Of a stretch of 64,000 nt of DNA, positions 28,161 through 41,272 are shown in pieces. Where the stretch lies: positions 7,378,001-7,442,000 of the forward strand of contig NW_027266279.1 of the NCBI RefSeq assembly GCF_022045235.1. The letters are read 5' to 3'. This DNA is from Haliotis cracherodii (taxonomy: Eukaryota). The notes below the pieces were generated by a model. The model worked only from the letters and a program-made list of their open reading frames with translations. It was not told the DNA's origin and did not search any database. The translations under genes were made by a program, and so were the position numbers. The stretch's first letter is position 1. Each line of letters begins with the position of its first letter.

Positions 28161-28693
28161 GGTCACTTCTGCACCATTCAGGGATTATGTTATATCTATC
28201 AATATAACATCCATTTTGAGACCATGTCAATTGATCCATACCATCTGTCCTTACTGCCAAACCACACAGGGACCATGTCAAATCTATCCTTATCACTTCC
28301 AGACTATTTTGATAGCATGCCAATTCTTATTTTAAGCAAGACCAGACTGCTTAGTGACCATGTCAAATCTATTCTTGACAATTCTAACCACTCACAAACC
28401 ATGCCAAATCCATACTACACCAGGATCAATATGCTCTCAGAATGTAAGGAATATCCCCTGAGTCAAGAATACCCTTCAGTGGATCATCTTAATGGAAAAT
28501 CTCGCCTTTGATTAGTGGTTCATTGTATTAGAAGTTGAAATTTCAAACAACCTGACCATAAAGTACTGGCGACTTTTTGAGTTAACCCTCTTAGAATCAA
28601 ATCTCAAATCTTGATTACGAGCCAAGATGGTGCTTCTTGGGACATCTTTTCTTATTGATAAAACTAAAAATGCAATTGCTCCTACACAAACTA

Positions 28694-28901
28694 GTGAGTG
28701 AGTGAGTTGGTTTTAACGCCGTTTTTAACAGTATTCCAGTTATATCACGGCATGTCAGCTTAATGTGGGAGGAAAGCCTGAAGTGATGCAGGTCTTGAAC
28801 GTGTAATTACCACTTCGGTGAAACCCACGAGCACAGGTATGGTGCTGACAAACCTAGAAACATAATAGTGACAAATCGGGAATTGAACCCACGATCATAG
28901 G
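28694..28901 (-). mobile_element. SINE family C, 5'-truncated
   Basis: Tail, V-like domain and B box present. Confidence 0.85.
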
Positions 28902-29123
28902 ATTAACAAATGGATTAATGAGTACATCATTGGCATTGAATTACAGAAATATGTCAATCTTCAAATTGTATAATTATCACAAATAAAAATGTCAACAAGT
29001 GTAAATAAAACTTGCCACACATAATGAAAGAGTCAAAACAGAAAAATGACATACCTTTCTTCATTCCTAAAACAGGCTTCAACAACTAGGATCCTTCATT
29101 CCACAGATCAGTTTTAAATATCT

Positions 29124-29358
29124 TGTTTGTTTGTTGTTCAACGCCGCACTCAACAATATTCCAGCTATACGACGGCGGTCTGTAAATAATTGAGTCTGGA
29201 CAGTACAGTGATTGATATCATGGGCATCGATCCAAGCAATTGGGATACGATGACATGCATCAACCAAATCAAAGAGCCTGACCATCCGATCCTTTTAGTC
29301 GCCTCTTACGACAAGCATATGTGCTGAAGACCTATTCAACCCCGGATCTTCACGGGTC
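29124..29358 (-). mobile_element. SINE family B (single-hairpin head subfamily)
   Basis: Ends exactly at CACGGGTC. Confidence 0.9.
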
Positions 29359-29828
29359 TTTACATATGTAATAACCATACTACACCTATGGTAATATAGG
29401 GTTAAAGCTTGGATTTATAGGGAGGCTTTACTGATCAAATACAAGTTAGATAAGACAAAAGTTAACAGCAATGTGTTTAAGTAGTTGGCAAACACAGGCC
29501 ATGAGGCAGGTGCCTCAATACTGAATCAAAAGTTACGAAATCTAATTTATTTGAAACAGAACAATCCTTTTTACCACCTGGTCAATAGGACAGGTAAACT
29601 TGTGACACCTCTTGAAGTTTAATGCACATACCAGGGCAGTGATCCACAAAGTATTTGTGTTGTTATGACAGCCGAAGTCTATATAAAATAATAGCTGTGT
29701 ATCGCAGTGCTGGGAATCCAAGGACTGGGGCCATAAATAAGGTATCATGGCTAATACTGATCATGAACTATCCAAGACATAATCAAGTTTTATTGGACAT
29801 TTTGGCAAGGACTCTAGCTGGTCAGTTG

Positions 29829-30103
29829 CTAATGAGGGATAGGCGGCCCTGTTGTCTGAGGCAGGTTTCTAGTGAGGGATAGGCGGCCCTGTTGTCTGAG
29901 GCAGGTTTCTAATGAGGGATGGGCGGCCCTGTTGTCTGAGGCAGGTTTCTAATGAGGGATAGGCGGCCGTGTTCTCTGAGGCAGGTTTCTAATGAGGGAT
30001 AGGCGGCCCTGTTGTCTGAGGCAGGTTTCTAATGAGGGATAGGCGGCCCTGTTCTCTGAGGCAGGATTCTAATGAGGGATAGGTGGCCCTGTTGTGTGAG
30101 GCA
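29829..30103. repeat. Minisatellite, 40-bp unit, about 7 copies
   Basis: Unit AATGAGGGATAGGCGGCCCTGTTGTCTGAGGCAGGTTTCT. Confidence 0.95.
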
Positions 30104-30768
30104 CCATATAAAATGTTATGTGTTGCCTAGCTAGACATACAAGAATTCTATTATGGGTTTGAATTCCACTTACTTCTGCTTTGGGGTTTCACAAAGTTAT
30201 TAAAAGTCTGTCTCACTTTGACTTCAACTTCCACCAACATTAAACTGAGACCGCATGATACAGCTGAAATGCTATGCCAAACTGTTGAAGGTCAAGTTCC
30301 AGGTCAGTGGTTATGTGATAAATGGTGACAACCAATTAAAAGTCCATTATCTATTTTAACCACTGCTGCTACTAAACTGCAACAATGTAATAAATAAAAC
30401 CTTTTTCAACCTTCAAATGACGACTTTAACGACCACGTCTCGCATGCCCCATGTTACATTACGGAAATCTATTAACGGAGTCTGTAAACAACAAATGTGA
30501 GACACATAATGTCCCTATTATTGAAGGCAATAACTTGAAATCAGGATAATACCTGATACAGACACGTAACTGTACGCGTTGATTGTCCGTCTGTTATAAG
30601 ATAACAAGTAAACACTGACCCAAGCTGACAGCTTGTTCTCAGAGGATGTTTATATTTCTTGATAGGAGTACGGTTTGAGAGATAAACATCTCCCATGGAT
30701 CACAAGTGTAACATAATAAGCAATACCCTCGTGGCAACAGGATCTACCTGCCTTGCTATACTGATAAA

Positions 30769-30860
30769 CCCTGTGGGGAATCCGGGTTAGAATGGGTCGC
30801 CATCAACCTATGATTGTCATACCAGCTATTTAATCGATTGGGTGGTCAGACTCGGTGACT
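30769..30860 (+). mobile_element. SINE family B head, old GGGG/CCCC-stem variant
   Basis: CCCTGTGGGGAATCCGGGTTAGAATGGGTCGCCA..GGGTGGTCAGACTCGGTGAC. Confidence 0.6.
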
Positions 30861-30924
30861 GTTGTACTGAGTGTCATCATACACCAACAGTGTGGAATGT
30901 TGCTGTAGTTTTTAGTTGTTCTAT

Positions 30925-31600
30925 GTTGACACTGTTTGTTTCATATTGATATTTCATTTTAGTTTCAAATTGATACTATAGTTCCACACTGATATTATTG
31001 TTGTTTCACATTGATACTATTGTTTCACACTGATATTATTGTTGTTTCACATTGATACTATTGGTCCACACTGGTATCATTGTTGTTTCACATTGATACT
31101 ATTGGTCCACACTGGTATTATTGTTGTTTCACATTGATACTATTGATCCACACTGATATCATTGTTGTTTCACATTGATACTATTGATCCACACTGATAT
31201 TATTGTTGTTTCACATTGATACTATTGGTCCACACTGGTATTATTGTTGTTTCACATTGATACTGTTGTTCCACACTGGTATTATTGTTGTTTCACATCG
31301 ATATTTTATTTCAAATGGATACTATGGTTCCACATTGATACTATTGTTCCACACTGATATTATTGTTGTTCCACATTGTTCCACACAGATATTATTGTAG
31401 TTCCACATTGACACTATTGTTCCACACTGATACTATTGTTCCACATTGACAATATTTTTCTACATTGATACCATTGTCCTTCATAGATACTATTGTCCCC
31501 TTTTGATACTATTGTTACACTGATACTTTTGTTCTATATTACTGCCATTGTTCCACACAGATACCACTGTTCCACTTTGTTCCACACTCCTATTGTTAGC
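30925..31600. repeat. Degenerate minisatellite, 41-bp dimer (19+22 bp)
   Basis: CACATTGATACTATTGGTC + CACACTGGTATTATTGTTGTTT. Confidence 0.88.
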
Positions 31601-32570
31601 TCTACACTGGGTTTCCACCTGGGAGTCCTCCCTCCAACTTTGACACATAGTTCCACGTGTCTGCAATCATGACCTGTCAAAATCTCTGCTGAGATTTACA
31701 CTTTCCTTGTCAATTTCCTCATAAAAAAAATATGTCTGTGAATATTCCACATATGAAATACATCACTACAGCTTATTCCATAAAGTGCCCTCGCATGAAC
31801 TTGCCCAGACACTCCATAACTTAAACAGGTCAACTTTTATTCACAATCTGAGACAAAAACCTCTTGCACAAACAACGTATGGCATTAATCTCTTTTAGGA
31901 CCTTATTTTCTTTCCAAGTCAACCACAAAGGCATAAAGACCATTTATTTTGGTTCAGGTTAATGTCACAGAATTTTTCCATAATCCCGAATTAATACCGT
32001 AGTACTTTCAAGTTCAGCCCTGGAAAAGCAAAATAAACTTTTATCAAGAGTTGCTAACAAACTCCCACATTTATCACTTCTCTAAGGCCATAATACTTTA
32101 CACCTCAGCTCAGAACTGGTATATTTAATATCAAAAGATTAATGAGAAAATTTCACGATCATGCCTCGAAGACAAGCTGTCAAGCAAAGCCTTAATCCAA
32201 TCAGTGTGGAAACAGGATACAACACAAGGACTCATCTGACCTCAAATCTTCTGGTAGAAGTAACCAAAAAACCTCCATCCATTGTTGAACATGAAAGAGT
32301 CACCTAACCAAATCTGGTGTCTTGTTTACCTTGTGAAAGAATGTGTTAATCCCATCATCATCCTCAGATGAACAACATGATGAAAGTTTTCGACAGGGGC
32401 TTCTGAACACAAACAAAATTCGGAATCAGATTCTTATCTTGTTGATGGAACATTTCTCTTTTGTTAAAGTAAATATTCCAGGTCAATGACTATAATGTAC
32501 TTAAACTTTGGATCTCTCCAGAAGATAGCATTTGCTATGAATGTTCATAAACATAACATGTCCAGGCCAG

Positions 32571-32731
32571 AGAGTGAGTGAGTATGTTTTTGCGCCACTT
32601 TTAGCAATATTCCAGAAATATCACCGTGGGGAACAACATAAATGGGCACATTATACGCATGTGGGGATTTGAACCTGGGACTTTGGTGTGACGAGTGAAC
32701 GCTTTAACCACTAGGCTACCCCAGCGCCCCC
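32571..32731 (-). mobile_element. SINE family A, diverged
   Basis: Colinear with the A consensus. Confidence 0.82.
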
Positions 32732-35074
32732 AAGGAAGCAGTGACCTAAGATATAATAAAAAAAAATTGACAGAATAACCAGCCTTAATTATATGACAAA
32801 ACAGATTCCATTGGGCATAAAAGCCAAAATTGCAGTGAAAATGATTTGAAGGGATCACTGAAAGTCAGTGTAGACACCAGGTGTTCGCGAATAAAAAATG
32901 TGCCCCAAACTGGACCATGTGAACAGTCTGGAACAGCCAAATTTAATCCATGCCTTTAAGTATGACGTCACAAATCATCCAGGTCACTCAATCATTGTGA
33001 CCACATGATCTTCATTGTGATCCACTCTTACAAGCAATAGGAAATGGGATTCTGCCCCTGAATCCACTATCTTTGACAGTTTTCTTGGTTCAATTCTCCA
33101 CATGTATGAAGCCCATTCTCGGTTTCCCCTGAATGGATGTGGCTCAAACAGACATCTTAACAGAGCCACAAAACAACATTCACTCTTACCATTGGGGCAA
33201 GAGGAAGGCAAATGTATACATTAGTGCACAGGATAGGGTTTACCCCAAAACTATTACATATGTTGGCAGTGAAAAGGACGTCCGTTGAAAAATCTAAGGA
33301 TTTTTTAGCATGATTACAGACAAGACAGGAATTTATGGCTTGGATACAATAGAGGTGAGGTATTCAAAGGAATGATACGACTTTCAAGCTATTGGTATAA
33401 AAACACCATTGTATCGTCTAACATACAAATAATTTGCTTTTATGTTCAATATAAAGTTGATGTGCTGCAAGCATACACATAACATAACGCCAGCATTGAA
33501 AGAATAAAACCATGTGAACCCTAAGTCAACCCTTGATTCCAATTTTAACTTCCTTATTCAACCAGATAGTTCCATTTCGTTTTGCTCACCTGTTACTGAG
33601 AAGAAAATAATGTATTTTCACAAAACTGTCAATAATGGTTTCAAAAGCAGTGATTATGCTTGGAAAAAAGCAACAAAACCCTATCCATATCCAATAGAAA
33701 TCTCTGCATATAGCAGAGACAATTTACAATTCCGACTATATCATGAGCATGTGTTTATGAATCACTATCAAATAGCATTTTCATGATTTTTTGTCATTTT
33801 TGGATATGACATTATTCTACATCAATACTCAGAAACATCTGTGAGACATTTTGAATAACAATGAGTCAATGTGCCAGGAAGTAAACCAATCTGAATCCCT
33901 GAAAAATATTGACAAAGATCTTCCATCAAATAAACAGGCATGATTTTTAAAAAACATACACACCAATGATTTCAGACGTGGTTTACAAAAAATCACGCCA
34001 AATAATAGTTATTTTTTTAAGTTCTTAATAGAGGTATCAAAAATGCATAGCAGCAAAATATTTACTCACGCAAACCAGTGCTTGTCATGTATTGAAAAAA
34101 ACAACCACCACAATGGCTACCTTGGTGTTGTTTCCCCAATGACAATGACCCGACTAAATCAACCAATCACGGACACCATCACATCGTCATATTTCCAAAG
34201 GATCCCTACCATGCCTCTGTCAAAAGTCTCCAGTTCCCTATTCATATTTTATATTAATCACGGCTATAAGTCATCAGATGAAACCTTGAGTGACACGTCC
34301 AGTGACCCGCACTGGCCACCAACTCTCTGGACAGTGTCCAGAATGTATTGGCTTGCCAACTCCAATTGTCGGCAAAATAAATGATAGGTTTTGTATTGTT
34401 CCCAGGTTGTATTGTTCCAAGATCTATTTGTCCTACAGGGCCGCTCAAAGAGAAGGCTAACATTCCTTTGTAAAGTGTCAATGACAACAAAAGGCTAGCA
34501 GGGTGCTATCTCTTGCCTAAGTGTTAATTCACACTACACTGCAAAACTTGCCAAGATTCTGTTGAGAATTTTTCAAGCTCCAAAAAGTAATTTCCGAGTA
34601 TTCTGAAGTAGGGTGTTTATGGTGGAATAATATTTTCTTCTTTACCTTCAAAGCTGAGCAAGTATTTTTTATCACAAATTGCCAACATTTATATGGATGT
34701 AAAGCACATTATACACTTGCTTTTGGAATAATATTAAGTATCTATGAAATGGTTAATATGCATGTTTGGTTGACTTAATGTATATGGTAATTCTATTTGA
34801 TGGCCAAACAACGAAGAAACAATTAATCTCAACATGGAAAACAGATAACAAATCACTTAAAGTTGGCGACACACACGCATCAACCAAATGGTATCAACCC
34901 AAGACAGGGTTCATTTAATTCTTAATTTGCAAAACATGTCTCCTCTCTCATTCACAAATTGTTCGTGCTAAGAAAATCTGCATCTCCTCTCTGAGACCTC
35001 AAAGTACCAATATTTCTGTCACATTGTATATCTTGATAACCCATGCATATACCATATTGCTTCCTTTATAACGA

Positions 35075-35339
35075 TACAAGTGAAGATTCCGGGGTAGAAT
35101 AGGTCTTCAGCAACCAATTCTTGCCGTAAAAGGTGACTATGCCAGTCGTAAAAGGCGACTAACGGGATCGGGTGGTCAGGCTCGCTGACTTGGTTGATGC
35201 ATGTCCTCGATCCCAATTATGTGGATCAATGCTCATGATGTTAATCAGTGGATTGTCTGGTCCAGACTCAGTTATTTACAGACCGCCGTCATATAGCTGG
35301 AATATTGCTGAGTGCGGCTTCAAACAACAAACCAACCAA
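35075..35339 (+). mobile_element. SINE family B, full length
   Basis: 12-bp TSD CCTTTATAACGA (35063-35074 / 35340-35351). Confidence 0.92.
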
Positions 35340-35380
35340 CCTTTATAACGAGGCAGGTTCATGCCCTGAACCATGCCCCA

Positions 35381-35574
35381 TAGCCTTGCTCCAAGGCTGT
35401 ACAGAAAGAAAAGTCCATGGATGTGTAATGTTTTCCTCCTAATAGGCAAGTCTAGATATGTGGACAGTACAAGGACTCCAGTCTCTTATGGGGGCAACTC
35501 GTTCCTATTATTTACATAATCTTGAACTTATGATTTAAACTTCAATTATTGCCTTAGAGACTTGTGCATGTCTA
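35381..35574. mobile_element. TAG..CTA, 9-bp-TSD DNA transposon (AcademH-like), subfamily 2
   Basis: TSD CATGCCCCA / CATGCCTCA; terminal hairpin AGCCTTG-CTC-CAAGGCT; homologous to 41883-42082. Confidence 0.7.
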
Positions 35575-35777
35575 CATGCCTCACTGTGTGTGTTAATGTA
35601 ACATGAAGTCTTCTTGCATCGTGTTAAGGGCATGTCAAATAAGAAATATTTTGGATCATAACAAACTAATAAACCAGAAAACTTACATGTTTGTTTTAAA
35701 GAGGTGAAACAATTATGAAAAAAATACATTTGAGAGGAGTGTTTTATGCAGGCTAACATCTTTGAAATCCTTTATAA

Positions 35778-35832
35778 CACTATGTGGGGAATCGAAACTT
35801 GAGTCTTCAGCCTGCGAGCAAATGCTTGAGCA
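35778..35832 (-). mobile_element. SINE-A head remnant whose A box runs into a minisatellite
   Basis: ATGTGGGGAATCGAAAC..GTCTTCAGC..GAGCAAATGCTT matches the A head. Confidence 0.6.
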
Positions 35833-36389
35833 TACCACATGCTTACCACAAGGCTACCACAAGGCTACCACAAGGCTACCACAAGGCTAAGTACCACAAG
35901 GCTTAGTACCACAAGCTTACCACAAGGCTACCACAAGGCTACCACAAGGCTACCACAAGGCTTAATTAGTACCACAAGGCTTAGTACAAGGCTAAGTACC
36001 ACAAGGCTTAGTACCACAAGGCTAAGTACCACAAGGCTAAGTACCACAAGGCTTAGTACCACAAGGCTACCACAAGGCTAAGTACCACAAGGCTTAGTAC
36101 CACAAGGCTACCACAAGGCTACCACAAGGCTACCACAAACTTAGTACCACAAGGCTTAGTACCACAAGGCTAAGTACCACAAGGCTACCACAAGGCTTAG
36201 TACCACAAGGCTTAATACCACAAGGCTTAGTACCACAAGGCTACCACAAGGCTAAGTACCACAAGGCTTAGTACCACAAGGCTAAGTACCACAAGGCTTA
36301 GTACCACAAGGCTTAATACCACAAGGCTTAGTACCACAAGGCTACCACAAGGCTAAGTACCACAAGGCTTAGTACCACAAGGCTACCAC
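35833..36389. repeat. Minisatellite of 11/15-bp units TACCACAAGGC(TWAG)
   Basis: About 40 units; the minus-strand unit is TAGCCTTGTGG. Confidence 0.95.
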
Positions 36390-36407
36390 ACTGCAGCGAG
36401 CAAAATG

Positions 36408-36535
36408 AGGGTGAGCAAGTATTATTCCAGTCATATCGTAGGGGGTGGGGGTTGGGGACACAAGATATGTGCTTCATGCATTGTACCACAATGGGGAACT
36501 CAATCTGGGGTTTAACCACCAGCCTACCACACAAC
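36408..36535 (-). mobile_element. SINE family A, degenerate
   Basis: GGGGACACAAGATATGTGCTTCATGCATTGTACC..TTTAACCACCAGCCTACC. Confidence 0.6.
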
Positions 36536-37278
36536 CTCAAGATGTGTGCTCTTAGTTTAAGAAAAGGTGTACATGATAATGTCTCTGCATTCTCTTTTCC
36601 TTTGTCAGGTATTGTTATAATGCTGTAAACGTTGGAAGCTGTGAGTGTTGCCTGTGTTTTGCTTCCCAAGCATACATGACCCGATAAGGTGAAATGCGAA
36701 GGGCTAAGGCTGCCTCCAATTGAGAACCCATACCACAGGCCAGTCAAGATGGTCACATAAAACACCCCTTCCTTAAAGTGTCTTTGTTAGAACTGACCCA
36801 ATATTATAAATCAAACACACTATAGTCAACACAGCCACAACTTACTGCTGAGGTTCCCCCCATTGTGTCAGTGGTTGTAAACAGAATGGTCATTTCGAAT
36901 CTCCAACTCTTTGGAGAAGGCCTCACAGCTTAAACAATTCAAGCTGTAAGTGTATATAGATTTATAGTCAACACTGGTGTTAAGACGACATAGACTTCAG
37001 CATATTTACTGGGGCAGAACTTGTGAATGGCTTTGAAAGCTGAAACCGTAATGAAACATCTTACCTTGTCTCACACTGCTGGACCTAACGAGAGGTAGTG
37101 CGGTCGTAACACATGCAACAGGTATGAATGGAATAGTTTGGATTGTTATCAATAGAGATCCTTTGTTTGAAAAACAAAATTGAAATCATAAACCTTGCAG
37201 TGGAGCACATATGCAGTAGTTTCATGTTGGACTGTTAAAACTAGTTGCTGGAGATCTATAATCACCTGGAATCTTAAC

Positions 37279-38045
37279 AGAGAGACAAGCATATGTCACT
37301 TAGGACCTATTCTAACCCAACATATCCACAGGGAGACAAGCATATGTCACTTAGGACCTATTCTAACCCAACATATCCACAGGGAGACAAGCATATGTCA
37401 CTTAGGACCTATTCTAACCCAACATATCCACAGGGAGACAAGCATATGTCACTTAGGACCTATTCTAACCCAACATATCCACGGGGAGACAAGCATATGT
37501 CACTTAGGACCTATTCTAACCCAACATATCCACGGGGAAACAAGCATATGTCACTTAGGACCTATTCTAACCCAACATATCCATGGGGAGACAAGCATAT
37601 GTCACTTAGGACCTATTCTAACCCAACATATCCACGGGGAGACAAGCATATGTCACTTAGGACCTATTCTAACCCAACATATCCACGGGGAGACAAGCAT
37701 ATGTCACTTAGGACCTATTCTAACCCAACATATCCACGGGAAGACAAGCATATGTCACTTAGGACCTATTCTAACCCAACATATCCACAGGGAGACAAGC
37801 ATATGTCACTTAGGACCTATTCTAACCCAACATATCCACAGGGAGACAAGCCTATGTCACTTAGGACCTATTCTAACCCAACATATCCACGGGGAGACAA
37901 GCATATGTCACTTAGGACCTATTCTAACCCAACATATCCACAGGGAGACAAGCATATGTCACTTAGGACCTATTCTAACCCAACATATGCCAGGGAGACC
38001 AGCATAGGTCACTTAGGACCTATTCTAACCCAACATATCCACGGA
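37279..38045. repeat. Minisatellite, 51-bp unit, about 15 copies, derived from the SINE-B head
   Basis: Unit GGGAGACAAGCATATGTCACTTAGGACCTATTCTAACCCAACATATCCAC(A/G); degenerate units continue to about 38340. Confidence 0.95.
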
Positions 38046-38492
38046 AAAGCAATGTTTGAAGAGAACCTATTCCAATCCAGAATCCCAACAGGGAGACGGA
38101 CATAGATTTCTGGAGACATACACCAACCTAACATAAAGCAATGGTTGCAGAGAACCTATTCCAATCCAGAATCCAAACAGGGAGACATATACCAACCTAA
38201 CATAAAGCAATGGTTGCAGAGAACCTACTCTAATCCAGAATCCCAACAGGTTGCTGGACACTCAGTATAATCTGGAATCCCCACAGGGCCACAAGCACAG
38301 GTTTCTGGGGACTTCTTCTAACCCAGAATCCCAAAGGGGGCTGCGTGAGGTAGGCGCATTGCGTCACCCCGATTGTGTCTTGGTCATGACATTACAACAT
38401 CTCATCAATGAACACACTGAATCAATACTTCAGGGAATCAATAAAATCCCAAACTTCATTGATGCTAAATATGTCAGAACATCTATATTTGG

Positions 38493-38642
38493 NNNNNNNN
38501 NNNNNNNNNNNNNNNNNNNNNNNNNNNNNNNNNNNNNNNNNNNNNNNNNNNNNNNNNNNNNNNNNNNNNNNNNNNNNNNNNNNNNNNNNNNNNNNNNNNN
38601 NNNNNNNNNNNNNNNNNNNNNNNNNNNNNNNNNNNNNNNNNN
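38493..38642. other. Assembly gap (150 N)
   Basis: N run. Confidence 1.
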
Positions 38643-38915
38643 TAATACTTACCCTGATATGGCTACTTAGTCAGGCAGTCATGTAAGGGGCATTCTCTCA
38701 TGCAGATTACGCATGTATATCTGAAAATAATGAAAGATTTGTTAGTTTGGAGAAAGATTGTGCTAATGGACAACAAAAACAAGGACTCTAAGAGCTTGAA
38801 GACATTAATGTAATGAATTACTCTCCAGTTGCTAACAGGGGGCCTCACTTGATGAATATTTGACAGATTGAGATTGTGTTTACAGTAGTGACGCATAATA
38901 TTGACATCATGTTAA

Positions 38916-39514
38916 CGAGTGTCCATTTCAATTTTCAAGGAAGGCTGTTTTATCATTATTTCCATAAATGATGTGATTTCTGCAAGTAAATTGACCCATA
39001 AAAGCAATTTGATTATGAAATTGCCTCAAATGATGCCTATTCGGATAATATAGCCTTCCAAGGAAACACAATTCAATGAAAATTTGTTGAAACGAAGTAT
39101 TGATCAATTTCCTTTTTAAAGTTTGGCTGATGTTACATGTAACCATATTATTTCATTTTGAGGTTTTATACTTTGCAATCAAACATAAAAATACTTTTAT
39201 GGGAAGCAAAAATTTTAAGTTATATTTTTCAAGATTGCTTTCATAATAGACGCAATTGTCTGATGAGACTTTTATGGTTCAAAATTAAAATTTATGGACA
39301 AAAAACGCAAGTCAATCCAATAGTCATAGAGACGACTTCAGGTCACTTACTTGGACGTTAGTCGTAAAATGCAGCCCAATAAAACCAAAACATGCACAAC
39401 ACCATAAATCCCAAACCAACAGTGCTGTAAACCTCACGTGTGGTAAAAATGACGCAATTTTTAAAATAATCAATCTACGTTTTATAACGATAATCTCTGA
39501 CATAAAGACACTCT
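38916..39514. mobile_element. Possible Kolobok-like non-autonomous element
   Basis: TTAA|CGAGTGTC ... GACACTCT|TTAA; only 7 bp of TIR match. Confidence 0.3.
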
Positions 39515-39776
39515 TTAACTTTTATCTAGTCCCATCAAGTCCTATGAAATGGTTCAAGTCAGTAAATGTTTGCTGATTCAGCACAATATCCCTCACAAAC
39601 TGACACTGCTTATGGTCCCAAGGATTTCATACACCTGTGAAATGTGGGCATCTCTTTCCATAGTCCCCTGGAATCGGCTACATAGGGATCGGAATTCCCG
39701 TATCTATAGCATGCATCCGTAATATCTCAATCGTATGCCTCACTGTCAAAACTGCTGAAGTTGCAATTTAGATGGA

Positions 39777-40060
39777 GTGAGTGAGGGAGTGAGTTGGGTT
39801 TTACGCCGCTTTTAACAGTATTCCAGTCATATCACGGCATGTCAGCTTAATGTGGGAGGAAAGCCCGAAGTGATGCAGGTCTCAGACGTTTACCACTTCG
39901 GTGAAAACCACGAGCACGGGCATGGTGCTGACAAACCTAGAAACATAATCGGGGCGAACCGGCATTCGAACCCACAATCATAGGTTTCTGGCGTGCCCAA
40001 GGGACGCAACTCTGCACAGCGAATCGCGGCGCCTTAGACGACTGGGCCAACCGTGCCCCC
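39777..40060 (-). mobile_element. SINE family C, full length, young
   Basis: 13-bp TSD CAATTTAGATGGA (39764-39776 / 40061-40073); CpGs intact. Confidence 0.95.
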
Positions 40061-40921
40061 CAATTTAGATGGACATACCATGTCATGTTTGGAAGGGAAA
40101 ACAACAGCTGAAATTTACTTACTTCTTAATTTTTATAAATATGTTTTAATAAACAAATCTATAATATACTTAAACCAAAAGGCCTGAAGTCTGAACCCCC
40201 TTCATTCTGTTCTTCAATTCATGTAAGGTTTTTAGGTGCATGGTTGCATGATTAAATTTCTTGGCCAACAAAACATGATTGACTGATTGCTGATTGACCT
40301 TGACTGAAGTAAATCATAATACTTTCATCATTAGACTTTATTACAGCATTAATTAGCTTGTACTCAGTGATCATTAACAAAACTGGAAATTTCAAAAATA
40401 TTTGGCGAGTTCATTTGGTGGACTAAATATAATTACATAATTACACATAATGACACACTCTGAAATGCCTTGTGTATTTTTTTATTTACCCACAGTCATC
40501 AAGGTGCCCTTTTGACAAAATTGGTTTACAGGTGAAAAGTGGAAACAAAAACCCAGCGATTGTTTTCATAAGATCTGAAAACAAAGAAATCGATGAAACT
40601 CTGCGACCTGGCCCGAATTGTATAATTGTATGACAATGTCTAAACAGGCAGTTAATTGAGACAGGAAAAAAATACTGCCATTTAAACATTTGTACAGGAT
40701 TATGAAGACACTTATACAAGACATTGCACTATTGCAACACTGGCACAAGAACAAGACACAACAAACCCTTTGATAATTCCAGAAACCAAGCAACGTTTCT
40801 TGTGACAGGATTCAGTAGTCAGGTGTATGCTAAAGCTGTGGATCGTTGCTCATAATATAAATCACTGGTTTGTCTGTTTTGGCCGCTACCAAGAGGCGAG
40901 TGACACAGGATTCATATAATA

Positions 40922-40994
40922 TTTGTTTGTTTGTTTGTTTGTTTGTTGTTTAACGCCTCACTCGGAAATGTTCCAGCTATATGATGGCAACACG

Positions 40995-41030
<36 letters not shown>

Positions 41031-41272
41031 TATGTGCGCTTGTTCATGTGTGTGGGTGTTGTATAAAGCCTCACTCAGGAACATTCCAGCAACAGGAGAG
41101 TGTGTGTGATGTGTGCGCATGGTGTGTGTGGTGTGTTGCATTGTGTTGTGTTGTGGTGTGTTGTGTTGTGGTGTGTGTGCAATTTGTTTAACACCTCACT
41201 CAGCAACATTTCAGCAATATGATGGCTGCTTGTAAATAACTGAGTCCGGATCAGACAATCCAGTGATTGATA
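40922..41272 (-). repeat. SINE-B 3' fragments with compound (TTTG)n/(GCGT)n/(TG)n microsatellite
   Basis: B tail motif at about 40945-40990 and 41183-41272, separated by simple repeats. Confidence 0.75.

Noticed and set aside
25957-28335. 792-aa ORF and overlapping 129-295-aa minus-strand ORFs
   Set aside because: The 42-bp unit is a multiple of 3 and is open in several frames on both strands; a tandem-repeat artefact.
37195-38105. Two 270-aa ORFs
   Set aside because: The 51-bp unit derives from the SINE-B head and is open in two frames.
38251-38686. ORFs spanning the N run
   Set aside because: Their length is inflated by the assembly gap.
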